From an uncultured Chloroflexia bacterium (GTDB lineage Bacteria > Chloroflexota > Anaerolineae > B4-G1 > SLSP01), in assembly GCA_963751345.1 (NCBI GenBank), contig CAVVUS010000014.1, forward strand, positions 192,001 to 256,000: DNA of 64,000 nucleotides, read 5' to 3'. The notes beneath the pieces were generated by a model. The model ran no database searches and was not told where the DNA came from. It saw only the letters and a program-made list of their open reading frames with translations. A program made the position numbers and the translations under genes. Positions 41,376 through 51,602 of this stretch are shown here, piece by piece; within the stretch, counting starts at the first letter, position 1, and each line of letters begins with the position of its first letter.

Positions 41376-42722
41376 ATGATTCGTACGGCGGAAAGCGAAA
41401 CAGTGCCCACAATACCAACAACCATCCATACGGTGACTCCTGTGGCGAACTCACGACTCAGTGGCTTCTACCAGCGCTCCATCGAAGAACGCATCAAAGT
41501 CATTCGGGACCAGGTCTCCTTGTCGGACGATGAGGTCCGGGTTCTGAGCGCGGGTATGGGGCTGCAGGCCGATCAGGCCGATCATATGGTCGAGAACGCC
41601 CTCGGTCTGTATGCCTTGCCGCTGGGCATTGCCACGAACTTCGTCGTAAACCACAAAGACGTGCTGGTGCCTATGGTGATCGAAGAGCCCTCGGTGATCG
41701 CCGGCGCATCTCTGGCTGCCAAGCTGGCACGCGCGGGGGGCGGGTTCCACGCCGAAGCGGACGATCCTGTGATGATCGGCCAGATCCAGCTCGTCGACGT
41801 CGCCGACCTCCAGGCTGGGCGCGAAGCGATCCAAACGCACAAGTCCGAGTTGATGGCACTCGCCGATGAGGTCGATCCGGTGCTCGTCGGGCTTGGCGGG
41901 GGCGCTAGGGACATCCACGTACGTGCCCTGGACACGCCGAAGGGTCCGATGTTAATTGTGCACTTGCTCTTCGACGTCCGGGATGCGATGGGGGCCAATG
42001 CGGTGAACACGGCGTGCGAGCAGCTTGCGCCAAAGCTTGGCGCGCTCACCGGCGGCAGGCCCTATTTGCGCATCCTGAGTAATCTGGCAGATCAACGGCT
42101 GGCGCGGGCTACGGTAACGATACCTGAGGCTGCGTTGGCGTTCAGAGATTTCGAGGGAAGTGAGGTGGCCGAGGGCATCGAGTTGGCCTGGGCCTTCGCT
42201 GCCGCTGATCCCCATCGCGCCACAACACACAACAAGGGCATCATGAACGGAGTCGATGCCGTAGTATTGGCCACCGGCAACGATTGGCGCGCTGTTGAGG
42301 CAGGCGCGCACGCCTATGCCGCCCGGAATGGAACGTATACCAGCCTGAGCACGTGGCGCCGCGACGGCAAAGGGAATCTCGTCGGAACTCTTGAAATGCC
42401 GCTGGCCCTTGGTACCATCGGGGGCGCGACGCGGGTCCACCCCACGGCCCAGGTGGTGCTGAAGGTCCTTGGTGTCGAGAACGCGAGAGAGCTTGCAGAG
42501 ATTGTCGTGAGCGTGGGGCTGGCTCAGAATCTGGCCGCCATCCGGGCCCTGGCTACGGAGGGCATCCAGAAGGGCCATATGAGTCTGCACGCTCGCCAGG
42601 TGGCGATGGCGGCAGGCGCCCAGGGACCAGAGATCGATCAGGTCGCCCAAGCTATGATTGCTGATCATACGATTCGTATTGACTACGCCAAGACGCTGCT
42701 TGATGGACAGCGCAAATGTTGA
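41376..42722 (+). CDS. mvaA: Hydroxymethylglutaryl-CoA reductase, class II (true start possibly about 41442)
   Basis: EEPSV, DAMGAN, ILSNL, RATTHNKG, GIQKGHMSLH. Confidence 0.93.
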   Translation: MIRTAESETVPTIPTTIHTVTPVANSRLSGFYQRSIEERIKVIRDQVSLSDDEVRVLSAGMGLQADQADHMVENALGLYALPLGIATNFVVNHKDVLVPMVIEEPSVIAGASLAAKLARAGGGFHAEADDPVMIGQIQLVDVADLQAGREAIQTHKSELMALADEVDPVLVGLGGGARDIHVRALDTPKGPMLIVHLLFDVRDAMGANAVNTACEQLAPKLGALTGGRPYLRILSNLADQRLARATVTIPEAALAFRDFEGSEVAEGIELAWAFAAADPHRATTHNKGIMNGVDAVVLATGNDWRAVEAGAHAYAARNGTYTSLSTWRRDGKGNLVGTLEMPLALGTIGGATRVHPTAQVVLKVLGVENARELAEIVVSVGLAQNLAAIRALATEGIQKGHMSLHARQVAMAAGAQGPEIDQVAQAMIADHTIRIDYAKTLLDGQRKC

Positions 42723-42734
42723 GAGGAGTGGTGT

Positions 42735-43796
42735 GTGAGTAGTGTGCGTTTGATGAACCCGCAGCGGGCCGTAGGGATTGCCGGTTATGGCTCATACATC
42801 CCTATGTATCGGCTGCCCGGTACGGAAATCGCGAGGGTGTGGTCCGGTTCAGGACGCGGTCCCATTCGCGAAAAGGCCGTTGCCGGTCTCGATGAGGACA
42901 CGGTGACCATCTCGCTGGAGGCCGCACGCAATGCCATCGCGCGGTCCGAGGTTCCGCCCGAAGCGCTGCGAGCTATCTGGATTGGCAGCGAATCTCCACC
43001 TTACGCCGTGAAGCCCTCGTCCACAATAGTGGCCGAGGCCCTCGGTGCGACACCGTACCTGCTGGCGGCCGATTTCGAGTTTGCGTGCAAAGCGGGCACA
43101 GAGGCCCTACAAGCCGCGCTCGGGCTGGTGGGCTCCGGGATGGGAGAGTTTGCCCTGGCCATCGGCGCCGACACCGCGCAGGGGCGTCCCGGCGACGAAC
43201 TCGAATATACTGCGGCCAGCGGCGGCAGTGCCTTCGTGGTAGGGCCGGCGGATAGCGCGGTGGCGACCTTTCTTGGATCGCTCTCCTACGCCACCGACAC
43301 ACCTGATTTCTGGCGCCGCGCCTACCAGCACTACCCCAGCCACGGCGGACGATTCACCGGCGAGCCCGCCTACTTCCATCATACGGAGTCCGCTGCGGCT
43401 GCCTTGATGGAGGAGCTGGGTATGTCGGCGAGTGATTTCGACTACGCGGTCTTCCACCAGCCAAACGTCAAGTTTCCCACGCGCGCTGCCAAGCGATTGG
43501 GATTCACACCGGAGCAGATCGAGCCGGGTCTCCTGAGCAACGTGATCGGCAACACCTATGCAGGCGCATCCCTGACAGGCTTCTCGGCGGTGCTGGACAT
43601 TGCCCAGCCGGGCGCGCGGATCCTCCTGGTCAGCTTCGGCTCCGGCGCAGGCTCGGACGCCTTTGCCTGGGAGGTCACGGAGCGCATCGAATCGCGCCGG
43701 GACAAGGCCCCGACCGTGTCTGACTATATTCGCCGGCGTGTGGAGATCGACTACGCACTTTACGCCCGCTTCCGCGGGAAACTGCGGGACGCCTAG
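42735..43796 (+). CDS. Hydroxymethylglutaryl-CoA synthase, archaeal type
   Basis: [46 protein letters not shown]. Confidence 0.92.
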   Translation: MSSVRLMNPQRAVGIAGYGSYIPMYRLPGTEIARVWSGSGRGPIREKAVAGLDEDTVTISLEAARNAIARSEVPPEALRAIWIGSESPPYAVKPSSTIVAEALGATPYLLAADFEFACKAGTEALQAALGLVGSGMGEFALAIGADTAQGRPGDELEYTAASGGSAFVVGPADSAVATFLGSLSYATDTPDFWRRAYQHYPSHGGRFTGEPAYFHHTESAAAALMEELGMSASDFDYAVFHQPNVKFPTRAAKRLGFTPEQIEPGLLSNVIGNTYAGASLTGFSAVLDIAQPGARILLVSFGSGAGSDAFAWEVTERIESRRDKAPTVSDYIRRRVEIDYALYARFRGKLRDA

Positions 43797-43852
43797 GACT
43801 ATCTCCCCCGTGGGAGGGAGTTGGAACCAGTAAGAAGGGACAGAGAACTCGA

Positions 43853-45082
43853 ATGCGGGATGTAGCTATTATCGGTATCGGTCAGACCCGAGTGGATGAG
43901 CATTGGAGCGTCGGTATCCGGCACCTGATGCTGGAGGCGGGGCTCAGTGCCCTGCGAGACGCCAACCTCGAGACGGTCGACGCCGTCTACGTGGGCAATA
44001 TGCTCTCAGGTGAGATCTCGGGTCAATCACATTTAGGCGCCCTGGCAGTGGACTTTATGGGCCTGCACGGCGCCGAGGCCTTCAAGGTGGAGGCTGCGTG
44101 CGCCTCGGGCGCAGCGGCTTTGAGAGTGGGCTATATGGCGGTCGCCAGCGGGCTCGTCGACCTCGTCCTGGCCTTGGGCGTCGAGAAGATGACGGACACC
44201 TCAGGGCGTGAGACGACGGCGGCATTGGCCGGGGCAGCGGACGCCGAGTATGAGGTCAGCCAGGGCATCTCGTTTGTGGCGCTCAATGCGCTGTTGATGC
44301 AGCGCTATATGTACGAGTTCGGCTGGAAACGGGAGGACTTCGCCAACTTCTCCGTCAACGCCCACGCTAACGGCGCCAATAATCCTAACGCGATGTTCCA
44401 ATCGAAGATCACGGCTGAGGCTTACGCACGCGCGCCGATGATCGCGACGCCGGTGGGGCTCTTCGATGCCTCGCCGGTGTGTGACGGCTCGGCCGCAGTG
44501 GTGTTGGCCCCCGCGGAATATGCGCGGACCTTGAGCCCGGCGCCGGTGAAACTTCGAGCCTCGGCCGTGGGAATGGCACCGTTGGCAGTTCACGACCGGA
44601 AAGACCCCCTGACCCTTGAGGCTGCGGTGACCTCGTCACAAAAAGCCTTCAAGCAGGCAGGAATCACGCGGAAGGATCTCGACTTCTTCGAGCTACACGA
44701 CGCCTTCACAATTATGGCGGCGTTGAGCCTGGAGGCGGCGGGCTTCGCCGAGCGAGGCAAGGGGGTGCAGCTTGCGATGGACAATGAGATCTCACTCCAG
44801 GGCCGAGTGCCCATCGCCACGATGGGGGGGCTGAAAGCGCGAGGCCATCCCGTCGGCGCGACGGGCCTCTATCAGATCGTGGAGACCGTTCTGCAACTAC
44901 GAGGACTGGCAGGACCCAACCAAATACCGAACGCGCATCTCGCCATGACGCAGAATATCGGCGGAAGTGGCGCGACGATCATCACACACATCCTGGAGAC
45001 GGATGGAGTAACAGAGCGTTGGCGCGTTTTAACGTTCAAACGTTTGAACGTGAAAACGTGTCAACGCAATAGCGTCTTATAG
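43853..45082 (+). CDS. Acetyl-CoA acetyltransferase (archaeal/SCP2-type thiolase); probable true stop at 45011 if an extra G near 45001 is an error
   Basis: EAACASG, GVEKMTD, ELHDAF, GHPVGATG, QNIGG; the tail past ILET reads through the intergenic octamer repeat. Confidence 0.9.
   Translation: MRDVAIIGIGQTRVDEHWSVGIRHLMLEAGLSALRDANLETVDAVYVGNMLSGEISGQSHLGALAVDFMGLHGAEAFKVEAACASGAAALRVGYMAVASGLVDLVLALGVEKMTDTSGRETTAALAGAADAEYEVSQGISFVALNALLMQRYMYEFGWKREDFANFSVNAHANGANNPNAMFQSKITAEAYARAPMIATPVGLFDASPVCDGSAAVVLAPAEYARTLSPAPVKLRASAVGMAPLAVHDRKDPLTLEAAVTSSQKAFKQAGITRKDLDFFELHDAFTIMAALSLEAAGFAERGKGVQLAMDNEISLQGRVPIATMGGLKARGHPVGATGLYQIVETVLQLRGLAGPNQIPNAHLAMTQNIGGSGATIITHILETDGVTERWRVLTFKRLNVKTCQRNSVL
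45015..45078. repeat. 8-nt-period tandem repeat, consensus AACGTnnn (8 units)
   Basis: agcgttgg cgcgtttt aacgttca aacgtttg aacgtgaa aacgtgtc aacgcaat agcgtctt; CG at positions 3-4 of every unit. Confidence 0.75.
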
Positions 45083-45100
45083 CGAAAGGGAGCCAACATT

Positions 45101-45502
45101 ATGGAGTCCAAAGTAGCAAACGATTGGCGGTTGCGGGGACAGCGCTATCGGCTGGAGGGTGAAGTATGCGACCACTGCGGGGCGGCCATCTTCCCCCCGC
45201 GCGACATCTGCCCGGAGTGCAACGAGCCGGCCAAGACCCCGGCCCCGTTGAGTGGTCGTGGCGAGGTGTACTCCTTTAGCACCGTCTACAGCGCGCCCGA
45301 GGGCTTTGAGCCCTACACACCCTATACCGTGGCGCTTGTGAAGCTGGAAGAGGGCCCCGTCGTCACGGCGCAGCTCACCGACGTCGCCCCGAACGACGTC
45401 CGGATCGGGATGTCCGTCGAGATGGTCACCCGCCGCCTGCGCACGAACGGCGACGAGGGCACGATTGTGTATGGCTATAAGTTCCGACCTTCTGGATTTT
45501 AA
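45101..45502 (+). CDS. DUF35 Zn-ribbon/OB-fold protein (thiolase-HMGCS scaffold)
   Basis: CDHCG...FPPRDICPEC, G.VYSFS, YGYKFRP; adjacent to thiolase. Confidence 0.9.
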   Translation: MESKVANDWRLRGQRYRLEGEVCDHCGAAIFPPRDICPECNEPAKTPAPLSGRGEVYSFSTVYSAPEGFEPYTPYTVALVKLEEGPVVTAQLTDVAPNDVRIGMSVEMVTRRLRTNGDEGTIVYGYKFRPSGF

Positions 45503-45602
45503 CATTCGCTGGAACTTCACAGCCCACGTATCATCGCCTCTTCGCAGTATCTGAGTTGCCGCCGGTGAGGCCCGGCGGCAACCCAAGATCGTCACCTACA
45601 GC

Positions 45603-47378
45603 TCAGCCGTGGTAGGTAACGGTGCCGTCCGGCTCACGGGTGAAGTGGCACAGGAACGTGTCCCACGTCAACTGCGCCATCTCCGCGGTGTAGGTGTGCG
45701 GGCAATTGCGCATGATCGTGAACTGCACCATAGGCGCGTGGTTCCCGTCGTACATCACGAGCGTGTGATAGTTGCCGTTGTCATACCAGTTGTCCGGCTG
45801 CATCGCCATAGCGTTGGCCTTGCAATAGGCGGCGAGCGTCTCCCACGCCACCGAGCCCTCGCTGAGATCGCCTGAAAACAGATCGTATTCCCCGATCATG
45901 AACCAGGTGGGACGCTGGATTTCGTTTGGGAGGGGTTCGACCTTGCCGGGCCCCATAGCGCCGAGAGAACCCGTCGGGCTGAACGCCGCGAAGCGTTCCG
46001 GCATCGTGCGGCTGAGATCCTGAACCATCATGCCGCCATTGGAGTGACCGACGGCATAGATGCGCGACGCGTCGATGGCGTAGTTACCGGTCATATCGTC
46101 GAGAAGCCTCTCGAAGTACGGGATCTCGCTGATGTCGCCCTCTCTCTGTAGCGCCCCACAAGCCCATCTGGGGAGTTGCAGCCTTGCCAGCATCCCCCCC
46201 TGGGGATAGGCGGACGGGAATACCACGAAGAAGCCGCGCTCCTCGCCCAGCCTGTACCAGTCGCTGGTCTGCTCGAAGTACTCGGAGTTGCAGGAATAGC
46301 CGTGAATCGCCAGGACCAGCGGGTAGGTCTTCCCGTCGTCGGGCCGGTAACAGGACGGCACGTAGACGTCCCAGTATCGGTCAAGTCCGTCGATCACCTG
46401 GTGCACGCGCTCGACGCCCACGTCCTCGGGGCTTCGGCGAGGGCGCAGGTGATTGTTGCCGAAGCCGCCCCACCGGGCAAACCTTAGCACAAAACTCAGC
46501 ATCTCCTCGTCCAGGGTCTCGCGGCTCATCCCATCCACGCTCTTAGCGTCCGCGATCCAGACCTGCGAGATCGGCTGGTCGTTCACGAAGTATGCCCCGC
46601 GCCTCGGCTGCTCCAGGTACACCTGGGCAAAGCCGTTGGACAGGTGCTCCTCCTTCGCACGGATGATCTCCTTCATATACGCCGCGGTCGCGCCCGCCTT
46701 GCCACTTCTGTCCACGATGAAGCCCGGCAGCGCGATGTCCGTCTTTTTCAGCGTGTCGATGCCGTCCGACGGGAGCCGCCGCAGGACATCCAATAGCTCC
46801 GGGTCCACGGCGCAGTCGCCGTCGGCTGCAAAGGCCGGATACGTCGCGCTATACGTGAGGGCAAACGCTGTCGCGATGGTCGCACCCTCGCCAAAGCCTA
46901 TGGGGTAGATGAAGGCCTCGCAGATATCCACGGTCACGCGGGCCAGATACTCCAGGTCCACGATCTTCTGGGCGTAGTCGAACTCCTTGGAGATGTCCTC
47001 TTTGTCCCAGGCCTCACTCTCAAGCACGATGAGCGCCATATGGTACTTTTCTGCCAGCGCCGTCCAGTGGCCGGACCGCAGGAACGCCTCCGCCTTCACG
47101 CCGCTGTCGGGGAAGATCAGCGCCGCCGGGCCCTTGGAGGGCATGCTGTGGGCCACGTAGATCGCATAGGCGCGCTTATGCGTCCCCATATCCGCTTCCC
47201 TCAGGAAGAGTCCCGTGTTCGGTTGGGCGTAGGGATTCGCCGGATCGATCGGCACGGTCTCGTCAACGGGCGCGCGCTTCATCGGCTTCGGCGCGTACTT
47301 GGTTCCCTTTGGGATACGCGGCATCAGCATGGACCGGTTGTTCAACGGGCTGAAATGAAAGCTGGTGTATTTTCCCAT
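45603..47378 (-). CDS. Tandem-domain esterase (PHB depolymerase/LpqP-like)
   Basis: C-domain PLVLAIHG, GHSNGG, GEYD, CPH; N-domain has the same fold with GFGEGA. Confidence 0.7.
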   Translation of the reverse strand: MGKYTSFHFSPLNNRSMLMPRIPKGTKYAPKPMKRAPVDETVPIDPANPYAQPNTGLFLREADMGTHKRAYAIYVAHSMPSKGPAALIFPDSGVKAEAFLRSGHWTALAEKYHMALIVLESEAWDKEDISKEFDYAQKIVDLEYLARVTVDICEAFIYPIGFGEGATIATAFALTYSATYPAFAADGDCAVDPELLDVLRRLPSDGIDTLKKTDIALPGFIVDRSGKAGATAAYMKEIIRAKEEHLSNGFAQVYLEQPRRGAYFVNDQPISQVWIADAKSVDGMSRETLDEEMLSFVLRFARWGGFGNNHLRPRRSPEDVGVERVHQVIDGLDRYWDVYVPSCYRPDDGKTYPLVLAIHGYSCNSEYFEQTSDWYRLGEERGFFVVFPSAYPQGGMLARLQLPRWACGALQREGDISEIPYFERLLDDMTGNYAIDASRIYAVGHSNGGMMVQDLSRTMPERFAAFSPTGSLGAMGPGKVEPLPNEIQRPTWFMIGEYDLFSGDLSEGSVAWETLAAYCKANAMAMQPDNWYDNGNYHTLVMYDGNHAPMVQFTIMRNCPHTYTAEMAQLTWDTFLCHFTREPDGTVTYHG

Positions 47379-47600
47379 TCTTTTCCTCTCCGGATCAACT
47401 TGAGTGTTCGATGATGCGTCCGAGCACCGGAACTTCGTCATTGGGTCGGGATGCGACCTGCCGCCCGGCACCCCTCCGGAGAATCTGCAAGCCTTCTACG
47501 AAACGGTGCGGGCGGCATAGCGGTACAAGGATCCTATCTTGGCCGGAGGCTCCGGGCCTTGGCAGACCAAACGTTCAGGGTGATGTGACCATGACGGACT

Positions 47601-48740
47601 CTACTGCGACGGCGTTTTCCCTGCCAGCAGCCTGTCCGCCCCGGACTGCGCGACCATCCGCGCCATCTCCAGCGGTCCCAGTTTCCCGCGGGTGTGGGCC
47701 AGGCGGATCATCGTGCGGGCGATATCCGGCGGGATGTTGGGTTGCTCTGCGTCAGGCTTGCGCTCTAATGTCAGTGCCCCCGTCGGACAGGTGCTGACGC
47801 ACAGGCCGCAGCCGATGCAACGTCCGAGATCCAGCGTCGCCCTGCCGGCTACGACCGCCAGGGCCTCCATCTGACAGCGACCCACGCACACCCCACAGCC
47901 GATGCACGTCTCCGGGTCGAGGTGCGCTCGAAAGGTCGTGGCGACGAGCGACGCAGGGTCGGGATAGCGCTTCAGGTTGCGGAGCACGCCGCAACAGCAG
48001 CCGCAGCACGCACAGATGAAGGCTGCCTCCCTGGAGTTGCTGGGCTGTAGCACGAGGCCCGCCTCATTGGCCAACGCGATGACGTCCAGCGCCTCTTCGT
48101 GGGTGATATAGCGTCCCATCCCGTTGCGCACGTAGAAATCGGCCCCACCGTCGAAGGAGAGGCACGTCTCCCGCGGTTTGTCACAGGGATCGCCGAGGAT
48201 CTCTTTCTCCTGACGGCAGATGCACGGCGCCACCGCGACACGGTCGTGGCTTCGAATCAGGGGCTCTGCCTGCTCGTAGGCCAGGACTTCGGGGGTCGTA
48301 GAAATGGCTTCGTTGACGGGAATAGTACGGAGTTGGGGAACCCGTTCCCACACGTCAGGCTTGAAGAGCGTGGGCCAGTAGGCCTCCACGTCGCGGATGA
48401 AACCCTCGTCCATCTTGTTCAGTTGGTATTCGTAGATGCCGACGACGAACTGGGCCGCCTGATAACGCGGCGGACGATTCTCGTGGTGGATGCTGAAAAT
48501 GAGCCCCTTCTCCGCCATTGCGGCGAGCAACGACGCCATCTCCTCCGTCGGTCGGCCGGCCCTCCGAGCGATGACACGCGCGGTCTCGGGAATCAGCGTG
48601 AGCCGACAGGCAATCTCGGCCTCCTCCGGGGTAAAGAGCCGGCGGAGAATCCGGAGTTCCAGCCCGTCTTCGGTGGCAGGGAAGCCGCCGGGCAGGTCAT
48701 CCAGGTGCTCGCGCAAAGCCTCGTAGATCGGGTCGTTCAA
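47601..48740 (-). CDS. 4Fe-4S dicluster-binding protein with N-terminal HTH-like region
   Basis: CICRQ, ICACCGCCC, two CIGCGxCxxxC ferredoxin motifs. Confidence 0.82.
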   Translation of the reverse strand: MNDPIYEALREHLDDLPGGFPATEDGLELRILRRLFTPEEAEIACRLTLIPETARVIARRAGRPTEEMASLLAAMAEKGLIFSIHHENRPPRYQAAQFVVGIYEYQLNKMDEGFIRDVEAYWPTLFKPDVWERVPQLRTIPVNEAISTTPEVLAYEQAEPLIRSHDRVAVAPCICRQEKEILGDPCDKPRETCLSFDGGADFYVRNGMGRYITHEEALDVIALANEAGLVLQPSNSREAAFICACCGCCCGVLRNLKRYPDPASLVATTFRAHLDPETCIGCGVCVGRCQMEALAVVAGRATLDLGRCIGCGLCVSTCPTGALTLERKPDAEQPNIPPDIARTMIRLAHTRGKLGPLEMARMVAQSGADRLLAGKTPSQ

Positions 48741-48940
48741 ATCGCTCTCCTCGTTGGGACCAACGGTATGGCCCTATGGTACCGGGTCGGCGACCGGAGG
48801 CAAGCGGCGCAGGCAGGGGCGCGGCGCAGGTTGGTAACACATCGCACCGACCGCAGTGCAGCTTTCCCACGATTTGAAGTTGTCCGGCTTTCACATTACA
48901 CTCTAGCCCTTGTTCTCATCATCTTACGTGGGGGTGTCCG

Positions 48941-50194
48941 GTGGAACAGCCGACGTTCAAAGTCTACGGTTATCGTTGGATCGTGCTCTTAGCATTCATG
49001 TGTATCGTCGTCGCCAACCAGTTCTTATGGATCACGTTCGCGCCGATCACGAGCAGTGCCGCCGCCTTTTACGGCGTCTCGGATCTCAGCATCGGGCTCC
49101 TGTCAATGAGCTTCATGATCGTCTACCTCGTCGTCTCGATCCCTGCCTCATGGGCCATAGACACGTATGGGATCCGCGTTGCCGTGGGGATAGGCGCGGC
49201 GCTCACAGGTGTCTTTGGCCTGCTTCGGGGTCTGTTGGCGGCGAATTTCACGCTGGTACTCATTTCGCAAATCGGCATCGCCGTGGGGCAACCGTTTATC
49301 CTCAACGCCATCACCAAGGTAGCCGCACGTTGGTTTCCAATTCGCGAACGCGCGACCGCGTCAGGTTTCGCGTCGCTGGCCATGTATCTTGGGATTATGC
49401 TCGGCCTGGTGCTGACTCCCTACCTTACGATTCGCTCCGGCATGGCTCAGATGCTTGTCATCTATGGTATCGTGTCCGTGATCGCCGCGATGGTGTTCTT
49501 TGGGTTTGCCAGGGAGCATCCCCCAACACCTCCGTGTCTCCCAGGCCAGGAGGAGCGCGCGCTGGTTTTTGACGGCCTCAAACTGGCCCTAGGCAGGAAG
49601 AGCTTTGTCCTGCTGATGCTGGTCTTCTTTGTGGGGTTGGGCGTGTTCAATGCAGTCACGACGTGGATCGAGGACATCGTAAGGCCGAGGGGGTTCTCGA
49701 TCACGCAGGCGGGCATGACCGGAGGCCTGATGGTCATCGGGGGCATCGTCGGTGCTCTGGTTCTGCCAACGCTGTCCGATCGCTCTCACAGGAGAATCCC
49801 CTTCATGATCCTGGCTTTGGCCGGTGCAACTCTAGGGCTGATCGGCATCACCTACGCCACGGTCTACTGGCTCCTGCTTGTCTCTGCATTTTCCATGGGT
49901 TTCTTTCTGCTGGCTTCAGGCCCGATCGGATTCCAGTACGGCGCCGAGATTGCCTACCCGGCGCCGGAGGGCACCACAAACGGCTTGCTCCTGCTCATGG
50001 GCCAGATCTCGGGGATCGCCTTCATCTTTGGGATGGACGCCCTCAAGTCTCCGGCTACAGGCTCGATGACCCTCTCACTGGCTATTCTCATTGGGTTGAT
50101 GGTCCTGGGCCTGCTCCTTGGCACAAGGCTCAGGGAATCGACGATGATGACCGGAGACGTGAGCCCTTCACAGCCCGACCTGCAGGGCTACTAA
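48941..50194 (+). CDS. MFS transporter (FLVCR/SLC49-like)
   Basis: YGYRWIVL, WITFAPI, GQPF, WFPIRERATA, EIAYPAPEG; about 12 TMs. Confidence 0.85.
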   Translation: MEQPTFKVYGYRWIVLLAFMCIVVANQFLWITFAPITSSAAAFYGVSDLSIGLLSMSFMIVYLVVSIPASWAIDTYGIRVAVGIGAALTGVFGLLRGLLAANFTLVLISQIGIAVGQPFILNAITKVAARWFPIRERATASGFASLAMYLGIMLGLVLTPYLTIRSGMAQMLVIYGIVSVIAAMVFFGFAREHPPTPPCLPGQEERALVFDGLKLALGRKSFVLLMLVFFVGLGVFNAVTTWIEDIVRPRGFSITQAGMTGGLMVIGGIVGALVLPTLSDRSHRRIPFMILALAGATLGLIGITYATVYWLLLVSAFSMGFFLLASGPIGFQYGAEIAYPAPEGTTNGLLLLMGQISGIAFIFGMDALKSPATGSMTLSLAILIGLMVLGLLLGTRLRESTMMTGDVSPSQPDLQGY

Positions 50195-50438
50195 ACCAAT
50201 CCGGTCAAGAGGATGGCGATAGGGCCCGCCCATCCGATTGAGTCACGGGGCGAAGTGCATCTGGCATTCCCTTCAGCCTGAGAAGATGCCCCGCGATTTC
50301 GCGAGGCGTCTTCTTGTGTTACTATGCCGTCGGACGTGGGTTCAGCACCGGATCCTGGCTGGTCCATCTCACGCTGGACCCGGAGCGTGATGGATCTTGT
50401 TCCACATCTGCGAAGCATATCACAAAGGAGACTTTCAG

Positions 50439-51536
50439 GTGAAAACCAATCCTTTCCTCGATCTCGGAGATCTTTATGCCGGCCCAGAGATGCAGGTGAT
50501 CCACGAGCAGATGATTCGGTGGATGGAAAGCACGTTCGGATGGGTCGACGGTGTACTGCGTCAGAATCCACCCACATGGCCGGAACCGGCGATTCGCCGG
50601 CACGCATTGTTCGTATTGGACGACCCCCTCCACGTGCTATCGGCACCGATTGAGCCGTGCTTGAACACGTTTCTCAACAGCAGAATCGAGCATGTGGTAT
50701 CGGAGATTGAGGAGGAGGTGGTCACCAGCGGGGCGACCCTCTGGAAGCTATACAACCACGGCTTCGTGGTCAAGACGCCCGAACTCACGATTGGATTCGA
50801 TCTCCATCGAGGTCCCTTCGAGACCTTCCAAATCGAGTCGGGGCTATTCGATAGGATTCTGGAGGCCACGCAGGCGCTCTTCATCAGTCACGCGCATGGC
50901 GACCACGCTGATGCCGATGCCATTCCCAGGATGGTCGAGCTAGATCGACCGGTGATCGTCCCTCCCGGACTCTGGTCAGAGGCCGCGATCTATCCCAAGT
51001 TGGTCAAGCCCGAACGATACTGGGAGCAGGAGAATCGCTTGGCCTTGGGCGACACGGCTATCACGTATCGCGTCTTCCCGGGGCACCAAGGCACGGAACT
51101 GCTCAACAATGTTTACCTGGTGGGCTTGCCGAACGGCCTCCACGTGATGCACACCGGCGACCAGTCGAACCGGGAGGATTTCGGCGTCTGGATCGATGGG
51201 TTGCACGAGCGGTTCAGCGTCGACGTCCTGCTTCCCAACTGCTGGTCAACCGACCTACCGCGGCTGATTCATGAGGTGACTCCCCGTCTGGTGATCACGG
51301 GCCACGAAAACGAGATGTCCCATCCGGTAGACCACCGCGAAGCCTTCTCCAAGACCTATGCGCACATCGCCGGCGAGCCGACCCCGGTCCTGGTGATGGC
51401 CTGGGGCGAACGTTATCACTACGAGCAAGGCCAACTTCTTGGTCCTGTGGCGCCTGAGGATGGTTCGAGAGTGGGTCAAGTACAGGACAGCGCTCTCAAG
51501 ACGGTCCAGGACTACTTACACAGATTTGACGGATAG
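50439..51536 (+). CDS. Metallo-beta-lactamase fold hydrolase (UlaG-like)
   Basis: FISHAHGDH, HTGD, ITGHENE; aggag RBS before GTG 50439. Confidence 0.8.
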   Translation: MKTNPFLDLGDLYAGPEMQVIHEQMIRWMESTFGWVDGVLRQNPPTWPEPAIRRHALFVLDDPLHVLSAPIEPCLNTFLNSRIEHVVSEIEEEVVTSGATLWKLYNHGFVVKTPELTIGFDLHRGPFETFQIESGLFDRILEATQALFISHAHGDHADADAIPRMVELDRPVIVPPGLWSEAAIYPKLVKPERYWEQENRLALGDTAITYRVFPGHQGTELLNNVYLVGLPNGLHVMHTGDQSNREDFGVWIDGLHERFSVDVLLPNCWSTDLPRLIHEVTPRLVITGHENEMSHPVDHREAFSKTYAHIAGEPTPVLVMAWGERYHYEQGQLLGPVAPEDGSRVGQVQDSALKTVQDYLHRFDG

Positions 51537-51602
51537 TGGGTGGCGCTATGAGGACAGCCCAAAAGCCCCCACGGAACCCCGACGCCCCCGAGGATAGATA
51601 GA

